DNA from: Octopus sinensis | Taxonomy: Eukaryota | Assembly (NCBI RefSeq): GCF_006345805.1 | Contig: NC_043016.1 | Location: 13,144,001-13,208,000, forward strand | DNA length: 64,000 nucleotides | Direction: 5' to 3' | Shown here: positions 35,527 through 48,235 of the stretch, in pieces | How the letters are laid out: each line of letters begins with the position of its first letter | Numbering within the stretch: position 1 is the first letter of the stretch | Program-made: the position numbers and the translations under genes | The notes under the pieces: generated by a model | The model's database searches: none | What the model saw: only the letters and a program-made list of their open reading frames with translations | What the model was told of the DNA's origin: nothing

Positions 35527-37601
35527 ATATATATATATATATATATATATGACAGGCTTATTTCAATTTCCATCTGACAAATCCACTCAGGTTTTGGTTG
35601 GCCCGTGGCTATAGTAGAAGACACTTGGCCCAGGTGCCATGCAGTGGAACTGCTCCCTGAACCATGTGGTTGGAAAGCAAGCTTTTTACCACACAGCCAC
35701 TCCTGCGCCTATATTATTATTATTAAAGACAGCAGGCAGGCAGAATTGTTAGCACAGAAGGCAGAATGCTTAACAGCATTTCATCTTTCTTCACATTCTG
35801 AGTTCAAATTCCACTGAGGTTGGTTTTGCCTTTCATCCTTTCAGGGTTGATGAAATAAGTACCAGTCATTCACTGGGGTTAATTTGATTGACCTCGCCCC
35901 CCCCTCCCTCGAAATTGTTGGCTTTGTGCCAAAATATGAAATTATTATTATTATTTGTAGGTTTAATTCTAAAGAGAAAATGATGTCCATATGTATATAA
36001 TACAATGGCAGCAATGGCAGATTGATAATTCCTAATGTAATTATTGCTAATTGATTGCCTGATAAATAAGCTGGCGGCTGTTTAAATTTTGTTGAGTAAG
36101 TTTGGTTGTGTTTTGTTATTCTCAACTTGTGTTTTTTAGTAATGATGCATTGGCATTTAATGTGTTTGGTGTTTGTGTTTCATTGGCACCACATTTGTCG
36201 ATGCATAGGGCTTCAACTTTGGTAGAACTAAAAGTGGTTGTCTTCAGAAAGAGCATCAAGCTGGAGAAACCATGCCAAAACAGACCATGAAACCTTGTGG
36301 CTTCTGGCTTTTCTGACTCCTGTCAAACTGTCCAACCCATGCCAACATAAGAAAGAAAATGTTAAATGATGATGATGATGATGATCTCTGATGTGCTCAT
36401 GCTTTGGTAAAGGCCATTTGGCAGAATGTATAAGCTGCTAAATTTAATAACCTAGGAAGAAACCTGCATGAATAATGTTGAGTAAAGTTGTGATGATGTT
36501 GACATTCTTTTCTGCTATTATGATTGGACACTATGCTTTTGAGACCCAGAGAGTGGTGGGGAGAAGAAATATTGTTTGAAAATAAGTATTAGTTGGTGAC
36601 AGGAAGAGCATCCAGCTTGTAAGATCCTGCCTTAAATTCCTCTCCATCCAAATCTATGCTAGCATAGAAACATTGGAAGTTAAACTAATGAACGACAGCC
36701 TCCACACAGCCACATCTGCCGCACCTCATCTATTACATATGACATATCTATGTGTGTGTTTGTGTATAATACAATTCATGACAAGCAAACAAAAGTATAG
36801 TCACTGTAAAGATACAATACATTTGCTTTCTCTCTCTCTCTCCCTATATATATATATATATAATATATATATATTTAATAGAAATATTAAAATTACTAAG
36901 TCTCTCTAAAAGTGATTGCGGCAGCGTTACTGGAAATTAATATGGCGATAACAATATATATATTTATTTATTTATTTGCAATGTACAAATCAATGCAGGG
37001 AGTCATTTCAGGGTCCAACAGTTTGATGACTTATTTCTAATCTGTGGAGATAAGTCATATTTCGTTTCGGTTGGAAGAACTAATAGATACCGTGAAGTTA
37101 ATCACTCGTTTTGTTTAACTTCAGGGGTAGATATCACCATATGGTGGGGGGGGGGTAGGGGGAAGACACCTCAAATTTTCAATGAAGTTATTATGGATGG
37201 CAGACAAACCTTCCTGAGTTAACAATCTAACAGCTGGCATTTCCCTTGGAAAGAAATTGAAGTTAGGCCACAGCAGTCGCTGCACAACAGAGAACCATAG
37301 TATATACTAGGCTTCGTCTGTTTTTGTAGCATTAAGAACATAAATGACTCTTGCCTTTTCACTCCAGCCAGAGTAACAATTTTTGTATTTTATATGCAAG
37401 TAAAGCAGTAAAATATTGGAGTCAGTAGCCATGGGGAAATTATACATTTCTCCATGACTACTAAAACCCACAAATTTCAGCTAATTACCATATAAAATGT
37501 AACATTTAATTCTAGAAATCTGTTACATTTCATATCCTAGATCTTGTATGCTGAAAAAAGTAAAATTGCTTTGTTTTCCCTTTAAGAAAATAATTCAAGC
37601 T

Positions 37602-37713
37602 TTTGATGTATTGTACACCTTTACTTTGATGTATTGTACACCTTTACTTTGATGTATTGTACACCTTTACTTTGATGTATTGTACACCTTTACTTTGATG
37701 TATTGTACACCTT
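37602..37713. repeat. Minisatellite, 23-bp unit tttgatgtattgtacacctttac x ~4.9
   Basis: Perfect head-to-tail copies with no spacers. Confidence 0.95.
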
Positions 37714-38529
37714 CTATTTTGGCAGAACAACCAGAACATCAAACTGTAATTTATTATTGCAGCAATTAATTTCAACTCTTTAGGTTTTGAGTTCAAATCT
37801 CATGATGTTGTTTAGTTGCTTCTTGATGCTCAAGCTGTATGTCACAAGTAATACGAGAGTGTTTAAATCTGTTGGCCATGTTCAGTTCACTTTTTTTGCT
37901 TCCATACATAATCTCCTGTAGTGCTCCCTTTTGGGTCTCTTCTTACATAACTGCATTTTGTATGTTGCCGCCTTCGTATACTTGTATATAGCCTTGCACA
38001 TGGCTCCTTACTTTATGTAGCTCCTTGAGCACAGTGTCATCAAAGTTTGCAATCTTAGTCAGCCCCCCCCCCTTTTTTTTAAAGGTATTTTAAGCATACT
38101 TCTTAATTCCCCAGATCTGTTTTGATATCATTACTGAAGATCTAAACGGTAGCAGCAAGACCTGTCGGCTGGTTATCTCCCTTGACATCTTAAGGTCGTC
38201 ACTGTATGAGCAGATGGTTCACTTTGCCATTCTGTGAGTTGTATCCACAGAATTGTTGTTTAGTAGACTGCAGAGAGGTGCTCGCACAAGGCAGAACATG
38301 AGTAGTGATAACGAGTGGTCTTTGGGGGGGTATATCGCTTCTTATGTTGATTGGTTTTGATGTTACCAGCCCATCAGTTTAGTAGGGATTCAGTGCCCTT
38401 CTTCTGAGTCTTCATGCTCTTTGTGTTGCATATGATAATTCTAGGCAGACTTTGTAGATCTTCAGCCTCTTTTTTTATCCAGGTGTGTAGATCCTTGTTG
38501 CTGAGAATTATTATTATTATTACTTTTAG

Positions 38530-39920
38530 TGGTGAGCTGCTAGAATAATTTGAACATTGGGCAAAATGCCTTGCAGTTCTTCACATTTTGAGTTCAAAAC
38601 ACACTAAGGTCAACTTTGCCTTTTGTCCTTTCAGGGTCAATGAAATAAAGTACCAGTCAAGTACTGGGGTCAGTTTAAGTCCTCTATCCCCCTGTCCTAA
38701 ATTTTCTGGCCTTGTGCCTTTATTTTGAGGCAGTTATTAAAGGTGGTAGATTGGCAGAATTGTTAAAGGGTCAGACAAAATGTCATGGTGTGTGTCTTTT
38801 AGCTCTTTGAGTTCAAATCCCATCAAGGTCTATTTTGTCTTTTATCCCAAGGGGTGGTGATCAGTGTAATCAGATAACATCTCACCCCACTAACTTGTTG
38901 TCCTTAAGCTTAAATTATAAAATATCATTGCCAATGCATTTGCTTTCAGTGTAAATGGTTTACAATAAAGGTAGATCGAAAAATAACATTTTTTAATATA
39001 AATACTAAGGTGACCTAAAACCACCTTGTAAAGATATGAAGCAAGATATTTTCAGAAACATTTGCGGATCACATGTTAAATGTTAATGTCCCATGAGAAT
39101 GACCCGATGGACACCACATGTTTTTGTTTGTCCTCTTCCCAGTTTTCATATCCATGTTAGAAGTGAATTATTACTGTAATTATTGGTGGATTGGCAGAAT
39201 TGTTAAAACATCCAGTCAAATACCTTGCAGTGTCTGTTTGAGTTCTTTACATTCTGAGTTCAAATCCTGCCAAGGCTAACTTTACCCTTTATGCTTTAAT
39301 AAAGGACCAGTCAAGCACTGGGGATCAATTTGATTAATTTGTGATTTTGGGCCTATATTATAGAAACCATCATCATCATAAAAGCAGCAAGCTGGCAGAA
39401 TTGTTAGCATGCCAGGCAAAATGCTAAGTGACATTTTGCCTGTTTTTACATTCTGAGTTAAAATTTCACTGAGGTCGACTTGGCCTTTCATCCATTTGGA
39501 GGTCAATAAAATAGGTATCAGCTGACCACCGGGGTTGGTGTAATTGACTTACCCCCTCCCTTGAAATTGATGGTCTTGTGCCAAAATTTGAAACTATTTA
39601 TTATTATTGTTCATATACACACAACATATTAGACTGTGGGGAAAAGAAAAATTCCTAACAGTGGGTTACAACAAATAACCTTAGATTTCAAGAACCCTCC
39701 TAAATATCCTAGCTGTCCTAATAACACGGTTTTCTGGAGCTGTACTAAACTGGGTTTTATTATTATTATTATTATATAAGAGGTAGCAGATTGGCAGAAT
39801 CATTAGAGTGTATAAGACAACATGCTTTGTGGTATTTGTTCCTGCTTTCTACATTCTAAATTCACATCCTACCATGGTCAGTTTTATATTTTCTCTTTTC
39901 TGTATTGATAAAATGAAATA
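38530..39920 (+). mobile_element. Head-to-tail cluster of ~5 SINE family E copies
   Basis: Heads near 38540, 38745, 39185, 39385 and 39780, each preceded by an ATT/ATC-rich tract and all on the + strand. Confidence 0.75.
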
Positions 39921-40148
39921 TCAATCAACAAGTTCAGGGTTGCCCCCTGTACTTTTGTTTAGAAGTTATTATTAATTGCCAAATGATATATCTGTGATTT
40001 AAATGGAATTATTAATTTTTTTTTTTTTTTTTTCACGTGTATATTTTAATCCTAAAGTTGGGTTTTGATTAAATATGCAGGTAAAAATATTTGGGAAAAC
40101 TTCTACAATTCTGTTTTTGTGCCAAGCTTCATTCTGGCGCACGTTTAT

Positions 40149-40182
<34 letters not shown>

Positions 40183-40687
40183 CTGTCGGTCGGTCTGTCT
40201 GTTTGTCTGTATGTTGTCTCAAGTACCACTAACGAGAGACAAAGATTTAATTTTTTCCCAAATATTGTTTTAACCAAAAAGCAAAGGAAGATAAAATTGA
40301 TAGATTCAAAAACTCTTTTTTTTCTCAAGTAATTGATATTTATTAATCTAAATAATTTAGACATTAAACAACAAATGTAGGGTTAAACAATTATTTCTTT
40401 TCTTTTTTTTTTTAAGAAAAAAAAAACCTACAAAAAATGCATCTGTTTTGAATTATTTCTTTGATTATCTTTGTTAATGCCATATATATTTAAATTTACT
40501 GAAGTTTAATAAAATCTTAATCTGCAGTTCTCCTTATTTATAAAATTCCAAACAAGCAATTATTTTTGTTTAAGTTTTGCTTTTTTTTTTTTTGCACTTT
40601 ATATTTTTTTGTCATACCTCATTTTTTTTCTTGTGGTAAAATCCCATCATCATGTACTATTTTGTATACAGTTGGCTGTTTCATTTT

Positions 40688-40945
40688 ATATATGTATGTG
40701 TATATATATATATATATGTATGTATATATGTGTGTATGTATGTGTATATATATGTGTATATGTGTGTATATATATGTGTATATATATGTGTATATATGTA
40801 TGTGTGTATATGTGTATATATATATGTGTATATATATGTGTATATGTGTATATATATATATGTATATATATATATGTATATGTGTATATATATATATGTG
40901 TATATATATATATGTATATATATGTATATATATGTATATATACAC
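40688..40945. repeat. Compound (TA/TG)n microsatellite
   Basis: Directly visible; source of the YI/VY/HI-rich ORFs. Confidence 0.97.
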
Positions 40946-41520
40946 AGACAAAGCTTAGGAAGTAGTGTATCATAGATACTCTCAAAGGAAATGAGAGAAT
41001 TGTCAATACTCCTTGTTTGCTGACATTTTTTTTTTAAACAATATACTGTTAATCCCGAATTCATTTCACTGAATTGTGAAATGCACTTGACTGTAATTTG
41101 CACCAGGTGTTTTGGTGTAATGTATACAAGTGTGTGTATGTATGTGCGTATATATATATAGAGAGATATAGATATATATACATATACATACACACTTGAG
41201 GACATATATGATGAAAGTGGTTTCCAGTTTTCGCATTGCATGTATATACATAAGGCGAAAATGGTGATCCAGTTTGGAAGAGTGTGCTTATTAATTGTAT
41301 ATTCCTGCTTAGAGTATACATTTAAACAAGTGGTTAAATATAATACAAATTTGTATACATATGGTATTTAACTTTGCTCCAAATGGAAATATTTATAAAA
41401 AGAAAAAGAAAAAAAAAAAACTAAGTCTGATCTTTATTAAGCAGTTATAAAGAATTGGTAAATCTAAATCCTTCTGTGGTATACACAATGTTTTGTTTTG
41501 GTTTTTTTTTTTTTTCATGT

Positions 41521-41558
<38 letters not shown>

Positions 41559-42399
41559 CATTATCTTACAAAACCAGAAATTATTAAAATGTTCCACCAT
41601 ACAATGTACTGTATCCTGTGTACATGTCTGTAGATATCATCTACACATTTTGTCACTGTCCGCTGATTTTTTGCTCTTTGTTACCGACAAATTGTGGTTT
41701 TTGCTCTTTAGCAAAGAAATCAGTACCTGTTCTTGTAGAAGTATGTCAGCTAATATGAATATTTTAAGACAAACGTCTACTACTAGCAGCATTATAGAAG
41801 CAGCTCTAGTGATAGTGATAAAGAGAATGGTGCCTCTAAGAACTTATACGCCATTATCTGTAATGAAAAAAACAGAAAAATCAATATACTTTTGTGGGGA
41901 ATGTAATGAGCAATATTTAAAATAATGTAACAAAACAACAACAAAAAAAGCACAAAATAAACATGAAAATTATATTTAGTTATTTTCATTATTACTACTA
42001 CTGCTTCTAATACTGCAATTAAAATACTTGCTTTGACTTCATGAATTATTAAATAATTTTAAAAACAGAACTAAAATTCTTTGTTGTATATATTGTGTTT
42101 TGTCTCTCTATTTTCAAAGTTTAATTTGATGCAAGATTCAACTTTGTCCTATTTCAGTTTCTGGGGCGATGTATCCAACCAAATTTAGGTGTACTCATCA
42201 ATAAACCTGTCGGTCGTTAACAGCCTCCGGTTTATGGTTTTCCAGTTTCTTTTAGATATTTACGATGTTGGTATTTCATTTATACATTGACCACACTTAC
42301 TGTTGCATTCAAATCTTGAGATCAAAGCCTGCCATGGTCAACTTTGCTTTCATCTTTCTATGGTCAGTAGCATACCAGCCAAAAGGAATGGATTGACAC

Positions 42400-42643
42400 A
42401 ATTCACAAATACAAGATCCTTGGGCACGATGCCTTGCAGCATTTATTTTGGTTCTTTGCATTTTGTGTTCAAATCCCACTCTAACTTAATTGGCTGGCAG
42501 TCTTAATGGTATCTGCCTTTCATCCTTTCGGGGTTGATAAATTAAGTACCAGTTATGCACTGGGGTCAATGTAATTGACTTAATACCTATGTCTGTCCTT
42601 GTTTGTCCCCTCTGTTTAGCCCCTTGTGAGTAATAAAGAAATA
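42400..42643 (+). mobile_element. SINE family E variant with a LINE-like 3' tail
   Basis: Family E body (gcctttcatcctttcggggttgataaattaagtaccagtt...ctggggtc) followed by tatgtctgtccttgtttgtcccctctgtttagccccttgtgagtaataaagaaata. Confidence 0.8.
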
Positions 42644-42964
42644 GGATATCTTTAGCAAGTCCACTCTGTTACAAGCATTTGGGCCAGGTTTCTGGTTTGA
42701 GGATATATTTTTACCTCCCACTCATCAGTCTATGAGGCTTTTATAAAAAGGATGTATATACTGTCCTTCCCTCCTAAATAATTTAAAATTTAGCTGGAAA
42801 AAAAACCCCTTCTGTAACTTTATTACAAGTCAATCATGAGAGTCCATATGTGTTACACTCGTTAATTTCACATTCCAGGTAATGTGTTCTGCATAGTGAC
42901 AAAAGATACTGCACTAAATACTATTGGGCTTTAAAAATCTTGACTATTCTGTCAAATGTAATAC

Positions 42965-43365
42965 TCTTTACTCTTTTACTTGTTTCAGTCATTTGACTGC
43001 GGCCATGCTGGAGCACCGCCTTTAATTGAGCAATGCGACCCCGGGACTTATTCTTTTGTAAGCCTAGTACTCATTCTATCGGTCTCTTTTGCCGAACCGC
43101 TAAGTAACGGGAACATAAACACACCAGCATCGGTTGTCAAGCAATGCTAGGGGGACAAACACACACATGCATATATATATATATATATATACATACATAT
43201 ACACGACGGGCTTCTTTCAGTTTCCGTCTACCAAATCCACTCACAAGGCTTTGCTCGGCCCGAGGCTACAGAAGACACTTGCCCAAGATGCCATGCAGTG
43301 GGACTGAACCTGGAACCATGTGGTTGGAAAACAAGCTACTTACCAAACAGCCACTCCTGCACCTA
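42965..43365 (-). mobile_element. tRNA-derived SINE family A, near full length
   Basis: Minus-strand head with A-box-like TGGCTGTTTGG and B-box-like GGTTCAGTCC, internal (TA)n and an aagagt-type repeated tail. Other copies at ~22085-22300, 35550-35710, 46905-47150, 50240-50400, 50545-50830 and 56995-57090. Confidence 0.9.
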
Positions 43366-43807
43366 ATACTTATTTATTGACACTGATTTTAATTAATCAT
43401 ACATTTGTTGATGTGATTGTTTATTTTTAGAATGATATTGTAGGATAGGCATGAAAAGCTGAATCTGGCCTTTTTAAATGCAAAACATGTAGGATATTTG
43501 GGCTGAATATGGTTTGTTTAAATGTTTAAACATAAAGCAACATTTTGGTAGTCTTGTTAATAGAAGACTCTGCTCAAAATACTAAAGGTATTTCCCTCGT
43601 CTTATGTGGGATGATGTTAGTGATTATGATGAGCTATATTTAGCAAGACAAAGCCTGTAAGATGGAAATTATTTCTTGTAAAGGTCCTACATTAACATCT
43701 TAAGATACATGGCAACACTTTTGGTGGAGGCTTGAGTTACTTCAGAAAGGGCCATAAGGAAGTAATGTGAATAAAGCTTGCAATAAAGTGTTAAATAAAA
43801 CTTTTTT

Positions 43808-44145
43808 TGCAAATGCTGGGCCTCATGGAGGCAAAGTGGCTGAGTTCCTTTTGAGTGTTGGGCCTAATGGAAGCAATGACCGAGACCTTTGGCATTATGT
43901 TGTGCTTGAAAAGAAGACTCAAGCCGAGCAATTGTGACAGATACCTGTGTCATGCAAATTGGCATGAAAACACACCCTGGTGTCATATAAATGGCACATA
44001 AAAGCACCCGTTAAACTCTCAGAGTGGTTGGCATTAGCAAGGGCATCCAACCATAGAAAACCATGCCAAGTCAGTCTGGTGCAGCCTTCTACTCAAACCA
44101 TCCAACCCATGCCAACATAGACAACACATTAAAATGATGGTGATA
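43808..44145 (+). mobile_element. SINE family C
   Basis: Colinear with 13340-13636. Confidence 0.8.
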
Positions 44146-45869
44146 TGATATACATGCTCTGCCAAGGTCTGTTAGTGGAACTTATTGGTGATGCCACATA
44201 TTTCCAGTCACACTGCAAACTGTTTAATTACAAGGAAATGTAAATTTTTGGCATTTTTACAATATTTCATAATTAAACTTTAATATCTAGCACTCGTGTT
44301 GTTCAAATATCCTCAAAACCATGTCAAAGATTTAGAATAAAATATTTTCTCCAATTATGAAAATGTAGCACCAGTGGTGCATATGGCAGTTGTGTGAAGT
44401 TTTCAATGAACCACCAGAAGTCCATGTGGAAGTTAAAGTGGGGCATAGGACAAAATGGTTGAAAAACACTGGAGTAAACAACTATGAAAGAGCATTTATT
44501 TAATTTTTCTCTTTGCCCACCATACTATCATGTTTTGACTTCTGTTACTTTCAGTACAATATAGAATTATTTCTGGGTTGTTCCCTCCTTTCCCTAGGCT
44601 AATGTTTCATTCAGTTCCCCCCCCCCCTCCACTAGGTACATGGCAGCTGTTGTTTCACATGGTGGTACAATTCCTAACTTTGACCCATCTAACATAACAA
44701 AATTGATAGTTTTATCCTCGAACCCATACCCACTCTATTGTTTTTCCTTTTATTTTAAAGTTGTTTTTTTGTTTTTTTGCACTTGTCATTTTTTTACCAG
44801 TCAGAGAATCATGTGGTACAAGAGTTACCTGCATAAAATGCCTAATATGCAGTTTGCAGCTTCTCTTTATTCCTGAAAATCATGAAGCTTTATCAGTTTT
44901 CATGTCCTTAATTATTTTGGTCTCCATAAAAATAGTATTAATGTTGGCTCCTTATTTCAGCCATGAATTTTGAGATCTTATTTCCTTTTCTTCACTATCC
45001 TTTCACAAGGATATCTCTTACTTTTAACTTTTCATTATGACCCAAATCACTTAGTCTGAAGCCAATTTATTTCACGTTAAATTCAATTTATGTCGAAAGT
45101 CAACAAATAAAGTTTGCTTTAGAAGCATTGAGATGAATTAAAAGATACAGGTAAAGAAAGCACTTGATGTATAATCACAAGGATGTGAGTTCAAGTCTCA
45201 TGGCTGGCCACCAACAGATTTTTCTGCAAAATATGGATAGTTTATCCTGTTCATGCTAAATTATTAGCATTATCATGTGCTTGAGAATAGAATTATTTCC
45301 TTATTTGTATCTTTCAATTCATTTTAGTTCCCCCCCCCCCCCAACATTATTTTATATTTGAAGCTCTTCACCTCTTTTTTTTTTCAACTTCTTCTAAACC
45401 AAGGGTGGGGAAACTTTTCTCTGTGGTAGGCAAAAATTTCCAAAGAAAAAGATCTGCAGGTGAATCACAAATTCTAACTCTTAGATCTGTGTAGATCTTG
45501 TATCTCTCTCTCTCTTTCTCTCTCCATTGTAAACAGAATTTTATTAGTTGCTTAACTTTCAAAAATGGTAAAAACTATTTACATCCAAGATAATAGTTTC
45601 ATTACATCTTTTTCTATGAAACTTACTGAAAAAAGCAGAGTTGCCAACAGAAAGAATATCCTACCATAGAATAACTAGGGCCCTTGATGTTGCCAGCCCT
45701 TTTTCTATTAGTGAGGTATTCTTTATTGCAATAGTTACAGGACATTTAATTTACTGGAAACACAAACCCACTCTTACTCAAATCATGTGAAAAACATAGT
45801 TGCACATGCAGTTAAATCCACACACACACGAGCTTCCATACAGTTTCTACCTGTCTAATTCACAACATG

Positions 45870-46490
45870 GTAAACTGGCAGAATCACTAAACATATTGGT
45901 CAAAATGCTTAACAGCATTTCTTCCAGCTCTTTACATTCTGGATTCAAATTCAGACTGACTTTGCCCTTCATCCTTTTCGGGGATCAATAAAATAAATAC
46001 CAGTCATGTGCTAAGGTCAATGTAATCAACTTACCATCTCCCCTAAAAATTTTCAGGCCTTGTAACTACTGGTCAAAGAATTATTATTATAATTATTCAA
46101 GATGGCGAGCAGGCCAGGCGAAATGCTTAGAGGTATTTTGTCCATTGCTACATTCTGAGTTCAAATTCCACCAAGGTTGACTTTACCTTTCGCTTTTTGG
46201 AGTCGATAAATCTAAGTACCAGTTGAGTACTGGGGTTGATGTAATCAACTATTCCCCCCACCAAATTTCAGGATTATTATTAGCAAGGTAGTGAGTTGGC
46301 AGAATCCTTAGCACACTGGACAGAATATTCAGCAGCATTCTGAGTTCAGATCCCACTGGAGTCATCTTTGCCTTTTCACCCTTTTGGGGTCAGTAAAATA
46401 AAATACTAGTCAAGTTCTGAGGTCAATGTGCCCAACTTGTTTCTTCCCCAAAATAAATTTCATGACCTTGTGCCTGCATTAAAACAATTA
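45870..46490 (+). mobile_element. Head-to-tail cluster of 3 SINE family E copies
   Basis: Heads near 45870, 46100 and 46290, separated by ATT tracts. Confidence 0.75.
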
Positions 46491-47334
46491 TTATTTATTA
46501 ATTGTGATATCAATTTCATATTAAGATCTTATTAAAGTACTCTGCAACCCCTTAACCCTCTAGTATTCAGATTACTATTTCAAACATAAGGCTTATGTAT
46601 TCACATCATTTTTAGAATGACATTATAGGGTAGGTGTGAAAGGCCAGATATGACCAGTTTAAACTTAAAATAGGTAGAATATTTTAGCCAGATAAGGCCT
46701 GTTTAAATGCTAAAGGGTTGAAATAAGAGGTATTTATAGTCATGCAGTTTCTTTTAGATGTTTGATGGTAGTGGGTAAATCATTACATTGCATGACAACA
46801 AAGAACAAGATGCTTTTCTGGTTTTTCTTCAGGAGTTGCTACGATTCTGGTGTTCAACTGAATCTACTTGAATTATAAAAGCGAAAAAACATCCAAACAA
46901 CCGGCAAGTTTAATTGTAAGTGTGGTTCTGAGTTTAGTCCCACTGCATGGTACCTTCTGCAAGTGTCTTCTACCATAGCTCCAAGCCAACCAAATCCTTG
47001 TAAATGATTTGTTAGATGGAAACTGAAAGAAGCCCATCGTTTATGTATGTTTGTGTGTGTATAACAGTTGCTCAACAACTAATACTGGTTTGTTTACAGT
47101 CAAGAAGATAATTAGAATAAGTACCAGGCTTTAAAATAAGCATTGGGTCTTTTCGTTCGACTAGCTCTTTTAATTGTGATGCTACAGTATGGCCGCAGGG
47201 CAATAACTGAAATAAAGAAAGACGTCATATAGAGAAACAAATGTAAGGAGATCACAGCAGATAATGAGCTGAAAATGACTTGTTATTTGTCTAGTAAAGA
47301 AGAAGAACCAAAATATTACAAGCACTTTTTTTAG

Positions 47335-47711
47335 AAGCACTCCGTCGGTTACGACGAGGAAGGTTCCGGTTGATCCGAATCAACGGAACAGCCTGCTGTT
47401 GAAATTAACGTGTAAGTGGCTGAGCACTCCACAGACACGTGTACCCTTAACGTAGTTCTCGGGGATATTCAGCGTGACACAGAGAGTGACAAGGCCGGCC
47501 CCTTTGAAATACAGGTACAACAGAAACAGGAAGTAAGAGTGAGAGAAAGTTGTGGTGAAAGAGTACAGCAGGGATCACCACCATCCCCTGCCGGAGCCTC
47601 GTGGAGCTTTTAGGTGTTTTCGCTCAATAAATACAACGCCCAGTCTGGGAATCGAAACCGCGATCCTATGACCGCGAGTCCGCTGCCCTAACCACTGGGC
47701 CATTGCGCCTC
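47335..47711 (-). mobile_element. tRNA-derived SINE family B (young-looking, CpG-rich copy)
   Basis: Minus-strand head gaggcgcaatggcccagtggttagggcagcggactcgcggtcataggatcgcggtttcgattcccagac has A-box and B-box motifs. Confidence 0.9.
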
Positions 47712-48036
47712 TATTACAAGTACTAGACTACGAAAGGTTGGGGTTGAAAAAAAAAAATATAATTAAAAAGAATGCTGGAATGATCTCAATAAAAAGCCAT
47801 CTTTATTTTTAAAAAACTGCTAATTTCAGTTTATTGGTTTACTGAATTATCTCCCCCTGTTTTTAATTTTCGTTGGTATCATTAAACATAAATATGATAA
47901 AGCGAGTTAAGATGAAAACTAAGAGTAAATCTTTATTCGATTAAATAAAAGGCCTTTTTATCTACAGAATTACACATCGTTTTCTGGAGAAATAGAATAA
48001 ATTCAAGTGTTTCATCACACAGGAGTTACTGTAAAG

Positions 48037-48235
48037 CAGTGGTTTTCAACCAGGGTTCCGCCAGTACAGTGCAGGGGTTCCGCAAGAAGTTACAAAAATG
48101 CTAAAATCGACTAATTTTTAATTCTCCTGTGCAGATATGTGTGCATAAGACTATTAAATTATTGCACAGGGGTTCCTCGAGCCAGTGGAATGTTTCCTTG
48201 GGGTTCCGCTTCAGCAAAAAGTTTGAAAAGCACAG
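48037..48235. mobile_element. hAT/Charlie-like MITE
   Basis: cagtggttttcaa ... ttgaaaagcacag terminal inverted repeats. Confidence 0.7.

Noticed and set aside
37602-37713. 23-bp repeats as a CRISPR array
   Set aside because: Units are contiguous with no spacers and there are no cas genes; it is a minisatellite.
40566-41241. Cluster of 106-186 aa YI/VY/HI-rich ORFs
   Set aside because: Translations of the (TA/TG)n microsatellite.
41650-41925. Ambiguous exon-like region: minus-strand 41727-41857 (uORF stop overlapping MLLVVDVCLKIFILADILLQEQ via TAATG) or plus-strand RSSSSDSDKENG
   Set aside because: Good splice-like signals exist on both strands but each reading needs special pleading (stops, weak acceptors); it cannot be resolved without RNA data.
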